Source: Aplysia californica (taxonomy: Eukaryota). Taken from it: a DNA stretch of 64,000 nt. A program made the translations under genes and the position numbers. The first letter of the stretch is position 1; the number at the start of each line of letters is the position of its first letter. Shown one piece after another: positions 1 to 13,189 of this stretch. The stretch spans positions 475,462 through 539,461 of the forward strand of contig NW_004797742.1 of the NCBI RefSeq assembly GCF_000002075.1, given 5' to 3'. The notes under the pieces are model-generated. The model made no database searches and had not been told where the DNA came from. It saw only the letters and a program-made list of their open reading frames with translations.

Positions 1-463
1 TCTCTTTACAACCATATTACCAGATAATTTGTCTGGCTCAGTTTCTGTCAATTTTGTCTTGCTGTGTGGTAAAGAATGTGTTCCTTGCGTGCGTCTGCCT
101 ACTCAGAAATCTGTTCCGGCATCCCATTCTTTGTGTATTCAGACTTCTTTATCGGTCTGGATATGTTCTAGTATTTCTTTCGTTTCTGGTAACTACCCAT
201 TAGCATGTTCCTAGATTAGCGAATCTCCTTTCCTTTCTTGACATTTTTAGATCAGATCTCTCCATTTTCTTTTCTTTTCAAGATTACTCTCATCTTTATG
301 AAAATCTTGATCATGAAGATACAGTGCTAGTGATGTTCAACTATTGGGGTGGGGAGAGGGTCTTGGAAAAGCGTACACCGCAGTCAAAAGGAGAGCAGAG
401 CAATAATAGAAATAAAAACAACAAAAACAGAAATCGTAACACTATTCTATGATATTGTTCTTT

Positions 464-645
464 TAGTTTAGTTTTAGCAGAGGTTTTATGGCGCTCGCAA
501 CTGCATTAGGTCATATGAGCGCCAGAAGATTAGAGGTGTTACAAGAGAATAACAAACATAATAAAGAAGAAGGGGAGATAAGGACGATAGATGTTTGATA
601 GGAAAGAAGAAGCAAACCACACCAGAGCACCCGCCAACCATCCAC
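464..645 (-). mobile_element. Short retroelement family A, copy with 12-bp TSD ATATTGTTCTTT
   Basis: TSD at 452-463 and 646-657; tail (CTAAA)n; homologs at 670-863, 10981-11155 and 47285-47465. Confidence 0.85.
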
Positions 646-669
646 ATATTGTTCTTTAACCATGAAAGG

Positions 670-863
670 GTTTTTTTCAGCTTTAGTAAGACTTTTAGTT
701 TTACGGCACTTGAAACACAATAAAGACATAATATAAGTGCCGAAGATTAGACGTGTTACAAGAGAGTAACAAACACAAAAAAGCAGGAGGAGTGATAAGG
801 ACGATAGATGTTTTGATAGGAAAGAAGGAGCCGACCACACCAGAGCACCCGCCAACCACCCAC
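670..863 (-). mobile_element. Short retroelement family A, copy with 11-bp TSD ACCATGAAAGG
   Basis: TSD at 659-669 and 864-874; homologous to 464-645. Confidence 0.85.
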
Positions 864-926
864 ACCATGAAAGGTCCGATCTACAATACCATGAAACAGA
901 AACCGATAGATCCTACATTTCGGTGC

Positions 927-976
927 TCTATGACCTTACGCAGTTGCGAGCGCCGTAAAACCCTATACAACTACTA
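927..976 (+). mobile_element. 50-nt 5'-truncated retro-insertion consisting only of the shared 3' tail
   Basis: 14-bp TSD CTACATTTCGGTGC (913-926, 977-990) around ATGACCTTACGCAGTTGCGAGCGCCGTAAAA + (CTA)n. Confidence 0.85.
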
Positions 977-1116
977 CTACATTTCGGTGCATTTGCTTGT
1001 TGTTGAGTTAGTCAATTATTGTTTGTTCGTAGCAGTGACTTGTTATTGTGTAAATGTAACACCTTGCTAAAGAACACTTCAGAACAGCCATTCTAAAGGG
1101 TGGTTACGTGGCTTTT

Positions 1117-1222
1117 GAAGGAAGGAAGGAAGGAAGGAAGGAAGGAAGGAAGGAAGGAAGGAAGGAAGGAAGAGGAAGGGAGAATGAAGGAAAGGAAAGG
1201 AGAAAGAGAGAAAGGAGGAAAG
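1117..1222. repeat. (GGAA)n microsatellite
   Basis: Direct reading. Confidence 0.95.
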
Positions 1223-1399
1223 AAATGATACCTCTAATCTTCGGCACTTGAATGACCTATTTTGTGTGACATAAAACTGTAATTCTTTCAAAAAGACAAG
1301 TGTCCGCTCACTCAGAAGCGAGCAGAGCAGTTTGTGAGTTTCAAACTCCGGCCGAACGTCATATTTCTTTTAAGTTACTCATTCATTATATTGATACAT

Positions 1400-1647
1400 G
1401 TACGACTGCGTTCGTCTCCGAAGCGGAAAGTCCGGGTTCGAGCCTTGGTCCAGACACGGATTATTTTCGCTCCCTCCTGCCCACCCAGCATTAGTACATG
1501 TACATTGTAAGGAGTACATGTACCAGACTTCGAGTTGGGAAAGGAACCGGCCACCCTACCACAATATGCCGAAGGCCCAGGAAGTTGTCTTACTAACAAG
1601 GAAATCCCCAATGTCCGGATCGGACGCGGGAACAACTTTACTTTTTA
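1400..1647 (+). mobile_element. tRNA-derived SINE (different family)
   Basis: B-box GGTTCGAGCC, central CCCACCCAGC...GGAACCGGCCACCCTACC body, AACTTTACTTT tail. Confidence 0.65.
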
Positions 1648-2983
1648 CACGTACGACATGAGAGTATTGAGAGGAAGAAAAAAAAGGTATTCGCCACAGA
1701 AATTTTAGAAGACAAAACATGACACGTGCGTGGAGATACTGAAATCTATGCAGTCTTGACGTCTGGAATGTAGCCTGCCTTGAGACTATTTAACCAATGG
1801 CCGTGAAAAGCTTTTGTTACCGCTATGTGTGCGACATGATATTGATATATAAATATACGTGTACTCGTAAAAAGCTGAGCTCGAACATAAATACACGTCT
1901 TTTCATTAGTTATCATATTTGATACCTTCATACGACTTGCGGTAGACGGTAAGTGTATGCCGTTTGTATAAACTGTATGTAAGCCTATAAATGTATAATA
2001 AAATATGTACATATAGTATGCCTGTCAGGACCAACCCGAGATGACAGGAATATAAGAATATAACATCCAAGCAGAAAGACTGAGATACTCGATAGAAACT
2101 CTCCCTATGTGGAAATTGAATTGAGACCCATGGTGTGCCACGACAAAATGCTTAATTACAAGAGAAGAGATGGCACTTATACAATGTAGCTCGAGCTGAG
2201 CAGGAAAACACAACAAAAGAGAAACCATTAAACAATACAGAATCTCTTTATTTCTTCTCATCGTGCATAAAATACATGTACAGACATACAGAGTAAAATG
2301 CAAGAATCTCAGCAGACACATAACTTAAAGACAATAATTCAGTTCCAGCAGAAGACAAAATTATAAGCTAAATAAAACTAAAACATCGTCATCAAAACTA
2401 AACCCAAAAGTCAGCACCAGGCAAATCCTAACCCAAATCAATGTACACATGTTCACTCAGTCAGTCTATGCCATGCAAATAAGAAGCACAAATAAATATT
2501 ATTAGACATTTCAACCTAAAAATTACTCCTTTTGTCACAGCTACATAAGGGTTCTGGGGCATCAGATCTGGCATTGATGAAGCGACTTCTGTCTAAACAC
2601 TGTTGTTATTGCTGAATGGTATATCGCTGAATGGCACTTAGGTCATTTTAATGTCATCAGACACCTATGTGTATAGTTGCCTTTCAGTTTCAGTGTCCGT
2701 CAGCAAAACAAATGAAATATTGTCATCCATTTACAATTTTGATGAAAATATTTTTAACCTTAAGATATAAACAAAATACTTTTACTGACCAAAGAACGCA
2801 TTCCAGAAAACATCCAAGGAATGTACTTAATCCTTTACTAGCTAAAAAGTCAACCTCTAACTGTGATCTTCATCTGAACCCACAGATTCATTCAGAGAGA
2901 AAAATGTAACAATTACAATTTAGTTTGTTTAGTTTTAGCAGATGTTTTACAGCGCTCGCAACTGCATAAGGTCATATCAGCAC

Positions 2984-3977
2984 CATAGCTGCCACTCCGA
3001 AATTTTTAAAAAGGAGGAAATTCATGCAAAGGCGTACGCGCGCTCTCCGAAACCAGTGAGATCCAGAGGCAATATATACTGGAAAATCTAGCCTACGGTT
3101 TTGGAAGGGAAAACTGTCATATTGTTAACCATAGGCAACTGAATTAAAATGTATTTGAAAAAAAAAAACCCAAAAAAAAACAACATAAAGGCAGTAAGTT
3201 GACTAACAAGCATTTGAGTCAATTTGACACAGTTTGGACTTGGTGACTAAAAATCCAGTGATTTTTGCCAGCTGGTGTCTCATAAAAAGATTTCTTTGCA
3301 GGCACTCCTGTACAATTGCGGTCCCGTTTGCTTAGTGCCCCTGTAGTGTGTTTCTTATTTAGATTTAGAGATAAACTGAATCAAAATTACAGCCTAGGCT
3401 ATCTAATCTAGATCTAGATATATCAAAATATGTGTAGATCTAGATTATATTTAGAGATAGATTTTCTAGATCTAGATCTAGATCTAGAACTAGATTCACT
3501 TCCGCAGCAGCCACAATAGCCGTCATGTAAACAAACGGGACCGCAAATGTACAGGAGTGCCGCGGGCCGCGATTTCTTTCGCAAAAAACGACTAGATCTA
3601 ATCTAGATCTAGATCTAGATTAGTTCAATTTTCTAATGAACTTTTCAAGTCGCACACCGGCTGCTTCTTTCTCATTCCAGCTCCTTTATTTTTGCAACTC
3701 GGCGCGCTAACGTCCCGATGCCCGATCGACACTGTGTTGCTCCACAACAATAAACAATGTGAAATTAGCGCTGGGCCTAGAAGAATGGAAGTAGAAAGCT
3801 ACGGCGGACATGCGCAAACCGCGTTTTCGTCTCTCTCCCGGTTCGGTGTTTTCCGCGTGGAAAAAAAAAAGTATGAAATTTGCGACCAAGAGCGGTCCAG
3901 CGGAGGAAGGAGGAAAGTTGCAGGGAAAGCTAGATGTAGCGGAGTTTCCGCTATTTAGCGGGAAAGTGGCAGCTATG
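2984..3977. mobile_element. CATAGCTGCC-terminus TIR element with 6-bp TSD CAGCAC, inserted in a short retroelement
   Basis: TIR CATAGCTGCCACT/AGTGGCAGCTATG; TSD at 2978-2983 and 3978-3983; the flanks rejoin to match the intact repeat at 11590-11925. Confidence 0.88.
3301..3561. mobile_element. MITE with 30-bp TIR, nested in 2984-3977
   Basis: GGCACTCCTGTACAATTGCGGTCCCGTTTG / CAAACGGGACCGCAAATGTACAGGAGTGCC; interior rich in (TAGATC)n. Confidence 0.88.
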
Positions 3978-6900
3978 CAGCACCAAGGGGTGGATGTCAA
4001 CAGAGAGGTCCTTACTGGGAATCACTTACTCTGCTCACCTCTCTAGGTTCAACAGCACAAAGTCTGCTTCGACTATCAAGGCACCCTGGAAATAGCGGGC
4101 CACAAGAGTGTGACAAACATACAAAAGAGGTAGAGAAAATGACAATATTAAGGATTAGGAAAGAGAAAGCAGCAGTTCCCTGTTCCAGTTCAGGCACAAT
4201 TATGAGCATGACATTGATGAATCTGCCCATTTACAATTTTACTGTGCAAAAGAACATGTTAATGTCCCCCCTTTGGGAAAGGCCTAAAAACACTTCAGGC
4301 AGTAGCACTGCACCGATGGTGAAAATAACAATTTAACTGCATAAATAAAACACATGACACAACAGGCAAGTCATAACTCTCAAAACATACCACTATTATT
4401 ATTGAAAATGAAATGGATCAAACAGCACACTGCCCGCAGCAAATACAAAGAAACACCAAAAGAAAGCCAGAATTACAGTCTATATTTATATGCTCCTTTC
4501 ATACACAATGAAAAATGTCAGAGAAAAACACGTTTTTTTCCAGGTCTAATTACTCATATCTAAGAGGAGAGTAAACTACCAAAGCATGAGATCAATAAAT
4601 TATTGAAAAAATATTTCCCAACAATTTGTTCACCTAAAAATTAAAGAGATACACATTACATCCAGGAACAACCAGGCAGCAGCCTCAATCTGCCCCATTC
4701 AGGTAATTTCCAACAAACTATTCAGCATGTGTTACTGGCACACATATCTGTCTTTGAACTTTTTTTAAAGGCTAGCTATTCAAAATTCAAAAAGATAGTG
4801 CGCAAGCTAAGCTTTTGTTAGACAGGCTCATCATTTTACAAGATTAGAAAAGATACTTGGGGGCGTTTACAATAGCAATATCATCAAGTGAAACAAGTCA
4901 AAGCACAAACGCATGAGCAGACTAGTGTGACCAGAAGTCCAGACATGGCCCTGAATAAAATTGCAAAATTACCCTGGAAAGCTAGCTATCTGAGAAGCAA
5001 CAGAATTTAACATAGACAAAATTTTCAGATCAAGAAATGTATACATACAGTTGAGTGAGCCAAGACAATGCGCATGAAACTCAAAATCAGATTCCTTAAA
5101 CTCAGTTCTCCATCCGTATATATATAGATATATATAGGTTCTTTTCTTTGTACTCATTTCACCCAAACATACAAAAAGAAATATAAAAGACCTGAACAGA
5201 TGTCCCTACAGAGGTAGCAATCAAATAACGGAAGTAGCTATGCGTACGGCCCTCCACTTCAAATAAAGGCAACATTGTACCAGTGGTAGGCTATGCTTTT
5301 ATTTATCTAACCCACCTCTACGTTCTAAGGCAGCAACATTAGCAACTCTCTGGCCCAGGCCAAGTAATTCAACAAGAGGACTTGGGTAGGTGGGAGCAAT
5401 GTTACTGCAGAAGAGACTGACAAGCACAGAGGGTGCAGTGGGAAGCAGGAGTGCACCATGCAGATAGAGAATATTTACACTCTGTGCAAAGTGACAGAAG
5501 TAAAAAAAAAAAAAAAACCCAAAAAAACCCACATGGCAGTCCAAGAAAAGGCACTGACCAGCAGATGGTCTGATTTAAGTATTGCTGCATTCACAATTAG
5601 TAACCAAGCTCTCAAAGTACCGGTACATGGATCCATTTTTCGGCTTCCACCTCAAGAACAGCCCAGATGTTGTGTGTGACGAGAGACTAAATCAAAGGGT
5701 TCCAACCAGTTGTTAGAACAACGACTTACATGACCATTGATTTTAACCTATAAACAAATAACTTAAGATCAATCAATGAAGAGAAACAGAAATAAAAGTT
5801 CTGGTAGCAAATAACATTCTGCAATTGCTGCGTACATTCTTCAAATTGTGGCAAACAAGAACCAGATGTCTCCACCTCACAGTTCCTCCTTTATCTGTAT
5901 TAACTGGGATGAGCTTTAAACAATACGGACAGAATGACAAAAAAAATCTGAGCCAGAATCCAGGTTCTTTCTATTTTTTTTAAATGACTGCCTTTTTCAC
6001 AAACCAAATCCTCATTCCAAACTAAAATAGTTAAATTTAGCACAGACCAAAAAAAACAACAACAAAAAAAACCCATTGATCAGCACACATTGGAATAAAA
6101 AGAAGTGATCAATAAAAAAAGCGCACACCAGGTTGTGTGAAGCTGAGCTCCTGAGCAGCAACAGCACACCTTGTATATTACACAACACAGCTGTTGAAAC
6201 AGCAGGATGATAGTCAGGACAAGCTGGGAAACACAAGGAAATAAATAGATGTCTTAAGAAGAATCCATGCACCGTTTCCACACTAGTAGTGGACAAGTGG
6301 ACTGAAGTGAAATATCTTCGAAACTAAGGGAAGACTTTATGTTATAATAATACTGTGCACTGTTTTACACCTAGCAAACCCCCCCCCCCCAAAAAAAAAA
6401 AACCACACACACACACAAACCCAAAGAACACATCTCATCATACAACACAGACATATCCTGCAAGCTCATTCACTATTTTCATAAAAGCTTAACACATGAG
6501 TCAGTTCAGCATGCACCGGACGAGGGCAAATGATGCTGGACTAGGATAGAAAAAATTCATGCCCACCCATATACTCTAAGATACAACTTCATATAAATTC
6601 TGCAAAATTAACGTAATGGAAAAAGAAACTCGGTAGTAAACCACACTAACGTACTAGCATAACCACCCATGTATACCAGTGCCAACAATGCTCAACATAC
6701 CTGAAAGACTAGTCAGCAATACATTATGCCAAGTGCACAGAGAGAGACATGCACACAAAATGCTCACGTAACGTGAACTACTGTGGTGCAGTAAAGGGAA
6801 CTCTACTCCAATTTACAGCTACTTCCCACAAGTGACGCCCTACTATCCGCCACATAAACTCTCCTCATTCCCTTTGCAACCACCTGTCCATTACTGACTC

Positions 6901-8559
6901 TCATCAGTGTCAACATATTGAAGTTTTTATCAAGAAGAACGACCCACTCTTACTGAACACAAACTGAAGAAATGCAGAGGGTGGACAAAGGCTTAGCATC
7001 TCAAGACTGCTATGGAACCTTACTTTGTGGCATGTATGCCCAACCCAAGCTTACCCCTTGGCCCCATTAATATCCCATCCTTGTTTGAACCTATGTGACT
7101 GGGAAAACTATGTGGGGGTAAATGGACCGTGTATGTCTGAGTACTTGTGTTAGACTGGAGTAGTTATTAGGGCAGAGGAAGAAGCTTGGAAGTCAAATGC
7201 AAAGCTGAAAACTCACCCAGGTTTTTGTGACTGATTTTTTTTTCTCCAGTCAACATGTTTCGTGAACAAGTTCTCTTGCAATTGGTTGTGCAATAATAGT
7301 TCAGACTGTATCGGCATATTCTTTGAAATCTTCTTAGGAATTGATTTTATCAATTTTGCTGAACTTTAAATTGTCACAATAAAAGGTCCAGGGACATTAT
7401 ATGAAAATCTACATGAACTGTGAGACGAGTAGCCATCCGTAAGCAGGGGGAAAAGATATTTTATTTAATCTTAATTTTCCTCTCCCTTTCCATACTTTAG
7501 TACCAATACTTCAAATATTTTTGCAGCTTAAAAGGAAGTATCCGCATTGATAAAATTGGACAGGGGTAACATAGAGGTTTTACAGTACAGTCAACACAAG
7601 GTAGTCATAAAGAATTCAACTATTCTAGGCAATACAGTAAAGGAGGAAAAGGGAGCAAACCATTCTAGACTACCAATTTTCAGCCTTCTGAACAAAGGAA
7701 TGTTAAACCCGATGATATTAAGAAATACAAAATGGCACAAACATATTTTTTTATTCACCTTTGGCTCTGGAATTTTGCAAAATCTCTTCTTACTCACAAA
7801 CACCATGAACGTCACACCATTGATAAACATTCAGTTTCTCTCCCTATGTCATAAATACCTATCTATATAACCGAGACACGTCGGAACAAAGATGATGTGT
7901 ACAACAAACAATACTCGAGAAAAAAAGACAGGAACCAAATTTACACAATCACTTTCGCATAATTACTTTTGCAAACAATTCTAAAAATAATGACCAACCA
8001 ACCACCGAGTAAGTTTTATAAGCGTTCAGGACTCTCCCTAAAAATGTGTAAGGGGTAAAAAATTTTAATTACTTATCTCCACAATTAAAAAGAAAAAACA
8101 GAAAGATGGTACAAATGCGTATTACACAAGTTTCAAGCTAAAACGAGACAGAAAACTATGAAAGGTATGTCAGTCATAAACAATACCTAACAAAAACCCT
8201 GAGCTGCACTGGCAACAACGCAGACATGAAAAATTTAATTTACAAAAAGAAAAGATATAAATCTGTGTTTAAAAAAATTAGTTTCTGGCAAGTTATTACC
8301 CAAATTCAATGGTGACCCGCTGATATAGAAATGTTCCATACAAGAGTTCTGAACTATCAGACACCACACAACATACACATGCACTCATACCAAACACTGA
8401 GAATTATAAGATGAACTGCTACAAATTTTTGGAGCCAGCCACAACCACATGTTGTGCTATTGCTGATACACATAAGACTGAGGGGCATCATCGCAAAAGG
8501 AAAAAGTAATTTATCTCATAATTCTCAGTCTTTGCTCCTTTTACAATAAAATGTCATGG

Positions 8560-8638
8560 TCAGTGAGCAGTGCCGTTCTGTATATTCTTTGCTAGGAGTA
8601 CGGTGTGCTGTCCTCCAGAGGAAACTGAGACACCTTGT
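8560..8638 (-). CDS. RCC1: RCC1 last coding exon (RQGVSVSSGGQHTVLLAKNIQNGTAH*)
   Basis: C-terminal VSSGGQHTVLL ring-closing motif followed by TGA. The ten exons sum to 1278 nt (425 aa + stop). Confidence 0.95.
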
Positions 8639-9448
8639 CTGTGAAACAAATTTAAAAGACATAGTTACACATGCAACTGAACCCTAATTTACAGTAACTT
8701 CAGAAATTTCCCACTGGGAGAACAAAGTAAGTACTATCTTATCTTATCACTCATTATCATTCACTTCACAAACAGCTTTAGCTTCTTAAAAAAAAGAAAA
8801 GAAAAGAAATCAACAGCATAAATTGATAATTTTCCAGATGTGCCAACTTAGAACCAACGTTGCTTACTACCGCAGACTTTTGTTCCAGTTGGGCAGAGTC
8901 AAAACATGGTTCCAACACCATAGAAAGCATCGTGTGACTGCTTTACCCAACTCCATCAGGTTTCCAACAAGACTGAGTTTCAACTTCAACCATTGCTGTA
9001 CAGTTGTGATATTCTCCTTTGCATTGAAGCCTGCTTTATCTTTTTTAATTTCACTATCATAAAGGAAGAATATTTCTGCTTTAAAACACTTGAAGGATAA
9101 GTACTAAACTGATTTCATTTTCAATTAGGACTCAAATCAAGCATTTTAAAAAATAAAACTACACCTGTTCAGATTGTTTATTAAAGTTCTTCATGTGTTA
9201 ACATTTTTACCATTTCTGAAAGGTAATATTTAAAAAACTATAACAGGTTTATTTGTCATTTTTGTTCCATTGAAATGAGCTATTTTTGGTTGTTTCTGTA
9301 TTAGAAATATGGCGTATATGGTGTAAGTGGTTAAATTATTTTGAACTTATAAAAAACCTCATAAAAAGCCCTGACTCCAGGGAAGGTGTTCTGAAAATTC
9401 CCCAGACTCAATTGAGTTAAATCTAAAGCAAAGCAGACTTTCACATAC

Positions 9449-9554
9449 CTTGACTCCATTTGCTTGCCTGCTACCTTTGTCGGTTCAAATCTATCTTCAT
9501 CATCACCAGCTCCCAGCTGGTTGTTGGAGCCCATACCCCAGGAATACACAGACC
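9449..9554 (-). CDS. RCC1: RCC1 coding exon 9 (GSVYSWGMGSNNQLGAGDDEDRFEPTKVAGKQMES)
   Basis: WGMGxNxQLG motif; cgcag/gtatgt; 106 nt. Confidence 0.95.
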
Positions 9555-10245
9555 CTGCGGACACAAAAAAAATTTTTTTTTAATTAACACAAACAGCGGA
9601 CACAATTCCTAGAATGCACTATTACAAAGGAATAATACTTTTCACTTCTGAGTAACTGCTATGCACTGTTTCACAGATAAATCAGGAGTAAATAATATGA
9701 GACGAAGATAGACGAACTATAATTATACATCAGAAGAACCACATAAGCGGCCATACGGTCATATCATACCATACATACAACCTATAAACTTGGAATGACA
9801 GCAAAAGGGTTATAATGAGTACAGTATTAGGATAAGCAATATCTTAGTCCCTTTTGACAGTGGGGAAATAAATGTCTCTCTTAGAAACAAGAAGCAAATC
9901 CATGGATGTGATAACTGTCAATTAGAGAGGGACAAAATAAAAAAGACAGAACTCACAGGGCAAAATGAAGAGGAAAATAAGTACATACCAGTGGTGCCCT
10001 TCAGCTACTCACATGTGGAAATGGACAGGCTATGAAGCACATTATTTGGTTCTTATTAATCAAATTTTAAAAAATCTGCTACAGCATCTGTGATGCTTCT
10101 CCTTTTAGCACTCTATTTGAACAATGATACTATTTACTGAAAAAAAAAAAAAAAAATTTTCCAGTCAAAACTTTCTATACATAAAAAAGCAGCACAAGAG
10201 AAGTCTCCAAATATTAAAATATTGCTTTGAAAGCAGCTTTCTCAC

Positions 10246-10404
10246 CATCAGAAGTAACAGCAAAAGTGACACAGCCTCCTGCAGCAACATTGGTACAGGT
10301 AAAGTCTTGTAATGCAGGAACAAGTGTTGGCAGATCCTTTTCTCCACACTTTTCACCTAGACCAAGTCGTCCATAATCCTCTCGCCCCAACGTGTGCACT
10401 TTTC
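10246..10404 (-). CDS. RCC1: RCC1 coding exon 8 (GKVHTLGREDYGRLGLG...VAAGGCVTFAVTSD)
   Basis: LGRxxYGRLGLG motif; 159 nt. Confidence 0.95.
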
Positions 10405-10980
10405 CTGGGAAAGGAGAAGGGGAAAGAGCATTCATTGCACAGTAATTCAAAAATTCCAGCCAAAAGAAATCAACTTCTTCAGGGAAACCCCTCCCCCCCC
10501 CAAACTAAGTCAGTAGAAACAGAAATTTACTGACCATCATAGTTGTGGTAAATGGTGAAATTTAACACTGTGGGACACACCTCCAGTTATTATGAACGTG
10601 AAGACTTTGGCTGCCAGTCAGGGCATCTCACAGAGAGGAAAACAAAACGACAAAAAGAGAAAAGAAAAAAAAAAACAAAGTCTACTCTCATGTGGCGAGT
10701 AAGAATGTCAACTGACAGCAAACCCATTCCATATCGGGGGGAATGGATATATTGCCTAGACAGCAATCCGCAAGAGATATAAAAAAGCAAAATTTGAAAC
10801 AACCATTCCAAGGTGTACAAAGGAAAGAGACAAAACTAAACTGGGGGACTGCTGATCAACTCCCTTTTAACCATCAGACCGTTTTCCCAGCACTCATGCA
10901 TGAACTAACACCTAAGCCAGATTTCCAGTTTTGTCATTGGGAGCTCTTGCTCTCAACACTTCACCAAGGAAGCCAAGTAT

Positions 10981-11155
10981 AGGGTGGTTGGCAAGTGCTC
11001 TGGTGTGGTTTGCTCCATCTCTCCCATCAAACATCTATCATCCTAACCTCTCCTCTTTTTTTATGTTTGTTACTCTCTTTTAGTAACACCTCTAATCTTC
11101 AGCATTTACATGACCTTATTGTGTTGCAAGTGCTGTAAACTTTTATTACTACTAA
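10981..11155 (+). mobile_element. Short retroelement family A copy
   Basis: GGTGGTTGGC...GCTCTGGTGTGGTTTGCTCC...CTCTAATCTTC + shared tail. Confidence 0.8.
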
Positions 11156-11167
11156 ATTAAACCTTAC

Positions 11168-11284
11168 CTTTTCCATCTAAAGCTACGGTGTGGTGCTGCC
11201 CTCCACTGATCATTGACCACGGTCCATTTTCAGAGAAAGACTTCACTCTCTCGGGAACAAATCGATTTTCCATGTCACCAAATC
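11168..11284 (-). CDS. RCC1: RCC1 coding exon 7 (GFGDMENRFVPERV...ISGGQHHTVALDGK)
   Basis: SGGQHHT motif; cag/gtaagg; 117 nt. Confidence 0.95.
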
Positions 11285-11589
11285 CTGTGCAAAAGTGAAA
11301 GCTAATGATAATCAATGACCAAAGGGACAAGATACAATGCAAAAACACCAGCGCGCTGGTGAAAATACATAAACATTAATTAAAAGATTATGGTCACAAC
11401 AAAAATGGTATTCAAAGAAAAAAAAGTTTAACTAAACCGATATGGTTTATTATCTTTCTCCAAAATAAGACAATATTTTTTTAAAGTGAGTTACTCCAAG
11501 CCAGTCTTCTAAATATAAAAGGAACTTCAACAGTGTACAAACATCTAACTTAAAAAAGGAAAAATCAAACTCGAAAAAAACCCAACTTA

Positions 11590-11925
11590 TTTGTTTGTTT
11601 TAGTAGAGGTTTTACGGCGCTCGCAACTGCATACGGTAATATGGGCGCCAAGGGATGGATGCCAACAGAGAAGTCCTTACAGGGAATCAGACTTACTCAG
11701 CTGACCTCTCTAGCTTCAACAGCACTAAGTCTGCTTCGACTATCAAGGCACCCCGAAAATAGCAGGGCACAAAAGTATGACAAATATACAAAAAAAGTAG
11801 ACGAAAAATGACGATAGTAAGGATTAGGACAGAAAAAGCAGCAGTCCCCTGTTGCAGTTCGGGCACAGTTATGAGCATGACATCGATGAATTAGCCCATT
11901 AACAATTCTACTGTGCATAAGAACA
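11590..11925 (-). mobile_element. Short retroelement family B (intact copy); other copies at 2920-2983+3984-4256 (-) and 39098-39450 (+)
   Basis: ~330-nt body shared by three loci, same tail as family A. Confidence 0.82.
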
Positions 11926-12234
11926 GGTTAATCCCCCCCCCCCCCCCGATTGGCCTACAGACACTCCAGTCAGTAGCATTGCCCCGGGGAGTTTTTAAAA
12001 AACCCAATAAACTTCCAGTATTGTCAAAAAACAAAGAACAATTCAACTTCGATTATCAACAGAGAGGGAACACAAAAAAAGATTTACACAATGAAACTGT
12101 AAATATAATTCCACAATATGCTTAAACCCCTGTCTAAAGAACGTGCAATATACATAAGCACGACAAAATTTTTAAAAACATGTTTTCAAATAAGACAAGA
12201 ATGGAAATATTTCTCGAAACATAAGCGAACGAAA

Positions 12235-12722
12235 TCATCCAAGAGCATAGTAAAGAATAGGCAAGACAAGACGTGCCTTCACACGTCTAAGAAATGAATG
12301 AAAATCAGGAACTATGAAAACAAGAACCAAGACAAGGCTTTTCATAACTCGTTTGGAAAATGTACTACTCTGTGGATCAGAAACATTCAAACTTGCCACA
12401 AAAAAACCCTTAAAAAACATTGGCCTGACACAATATGAAAAGGAAAAGAATAATATAGAAATTAGTAAAGGAGAAAAAGTAGACTGCACATGGAAAACTT
12501 AAAACATGGAATCCACGAGGAAAGAGAATAAGAGGAAGGCTTAAAAGAAACTTGAAGGAGGGACTTAAGATTTGGACCTCAAGAAATGGGATACAGCTAG
12601 ACTGAGGTGAGGACCACAGCCCAGGTAAAAGTACATGGAGAGCTCTTATTGGTGGCCTGTGGCCTTTACTATGACACACAGTGAAAAGGCTGATGACTAT
12701 GATGATGATGATGATGATGATG
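12235..12722 (+). mobile_element. RTE-clade LINE 3' relic
   Basis: Degenerate RIGK..RAF..L...KTRTK.RLF..LLCGSET...WNPRGKRIRGR...WRAL; (GAT)n tail. Confidence 0.75.
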
Positions 12723-12751
12723 AGCATAAAACGATCAAACCTTGCACTTAC

Positions 12752-12910
12752 CAAGCTGAAAATAATTATTAAGTCCCCACGCATATATATCTCCTGTCTC
12801 TTTATCTTGAGCAAAGGTCATGTACTGGCCCGTCCACACATCAGAGAAGGTGGCCAGTTTCCGACTTCTGTGACGCTTCACCTTAACACGACCAGGACTG
12901 AGAATCATGT
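12752..12910 (-). CDS. RCC1: RCC1 coding exon 6 (DMILSPGRVK...TGQYMTFAQDKETGDIYAWGLNNYFQL)
   Basis: RCC1 repeat motif YAWGLNNYxQLG; 159 nt, frame-consistent. Confidence 0.95.
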
Positions 12911-13189
12911 CTGAAAGATAAAATGCCAATATACATCTTTTTTGGGGGGAAAAGGACGAACAATACTTTTACATCCAATCTATCTATCAATACCCAAAAA
13001 AGAACACCTTAACTGCTGACAATTATTATACATAACAAGTCTCTAAAGACATGCTGGGTCAAAGATTACTAGGGCAGTCTCCAAACAAATTTAATTATTG
13101 GGTCCAAGAAGACCCTAAAGACTGCTATTTTTTCAACTACAGGCTGAAATAATCTCTTTGACTGACCACCTTCAGAAGATGAACAATGC

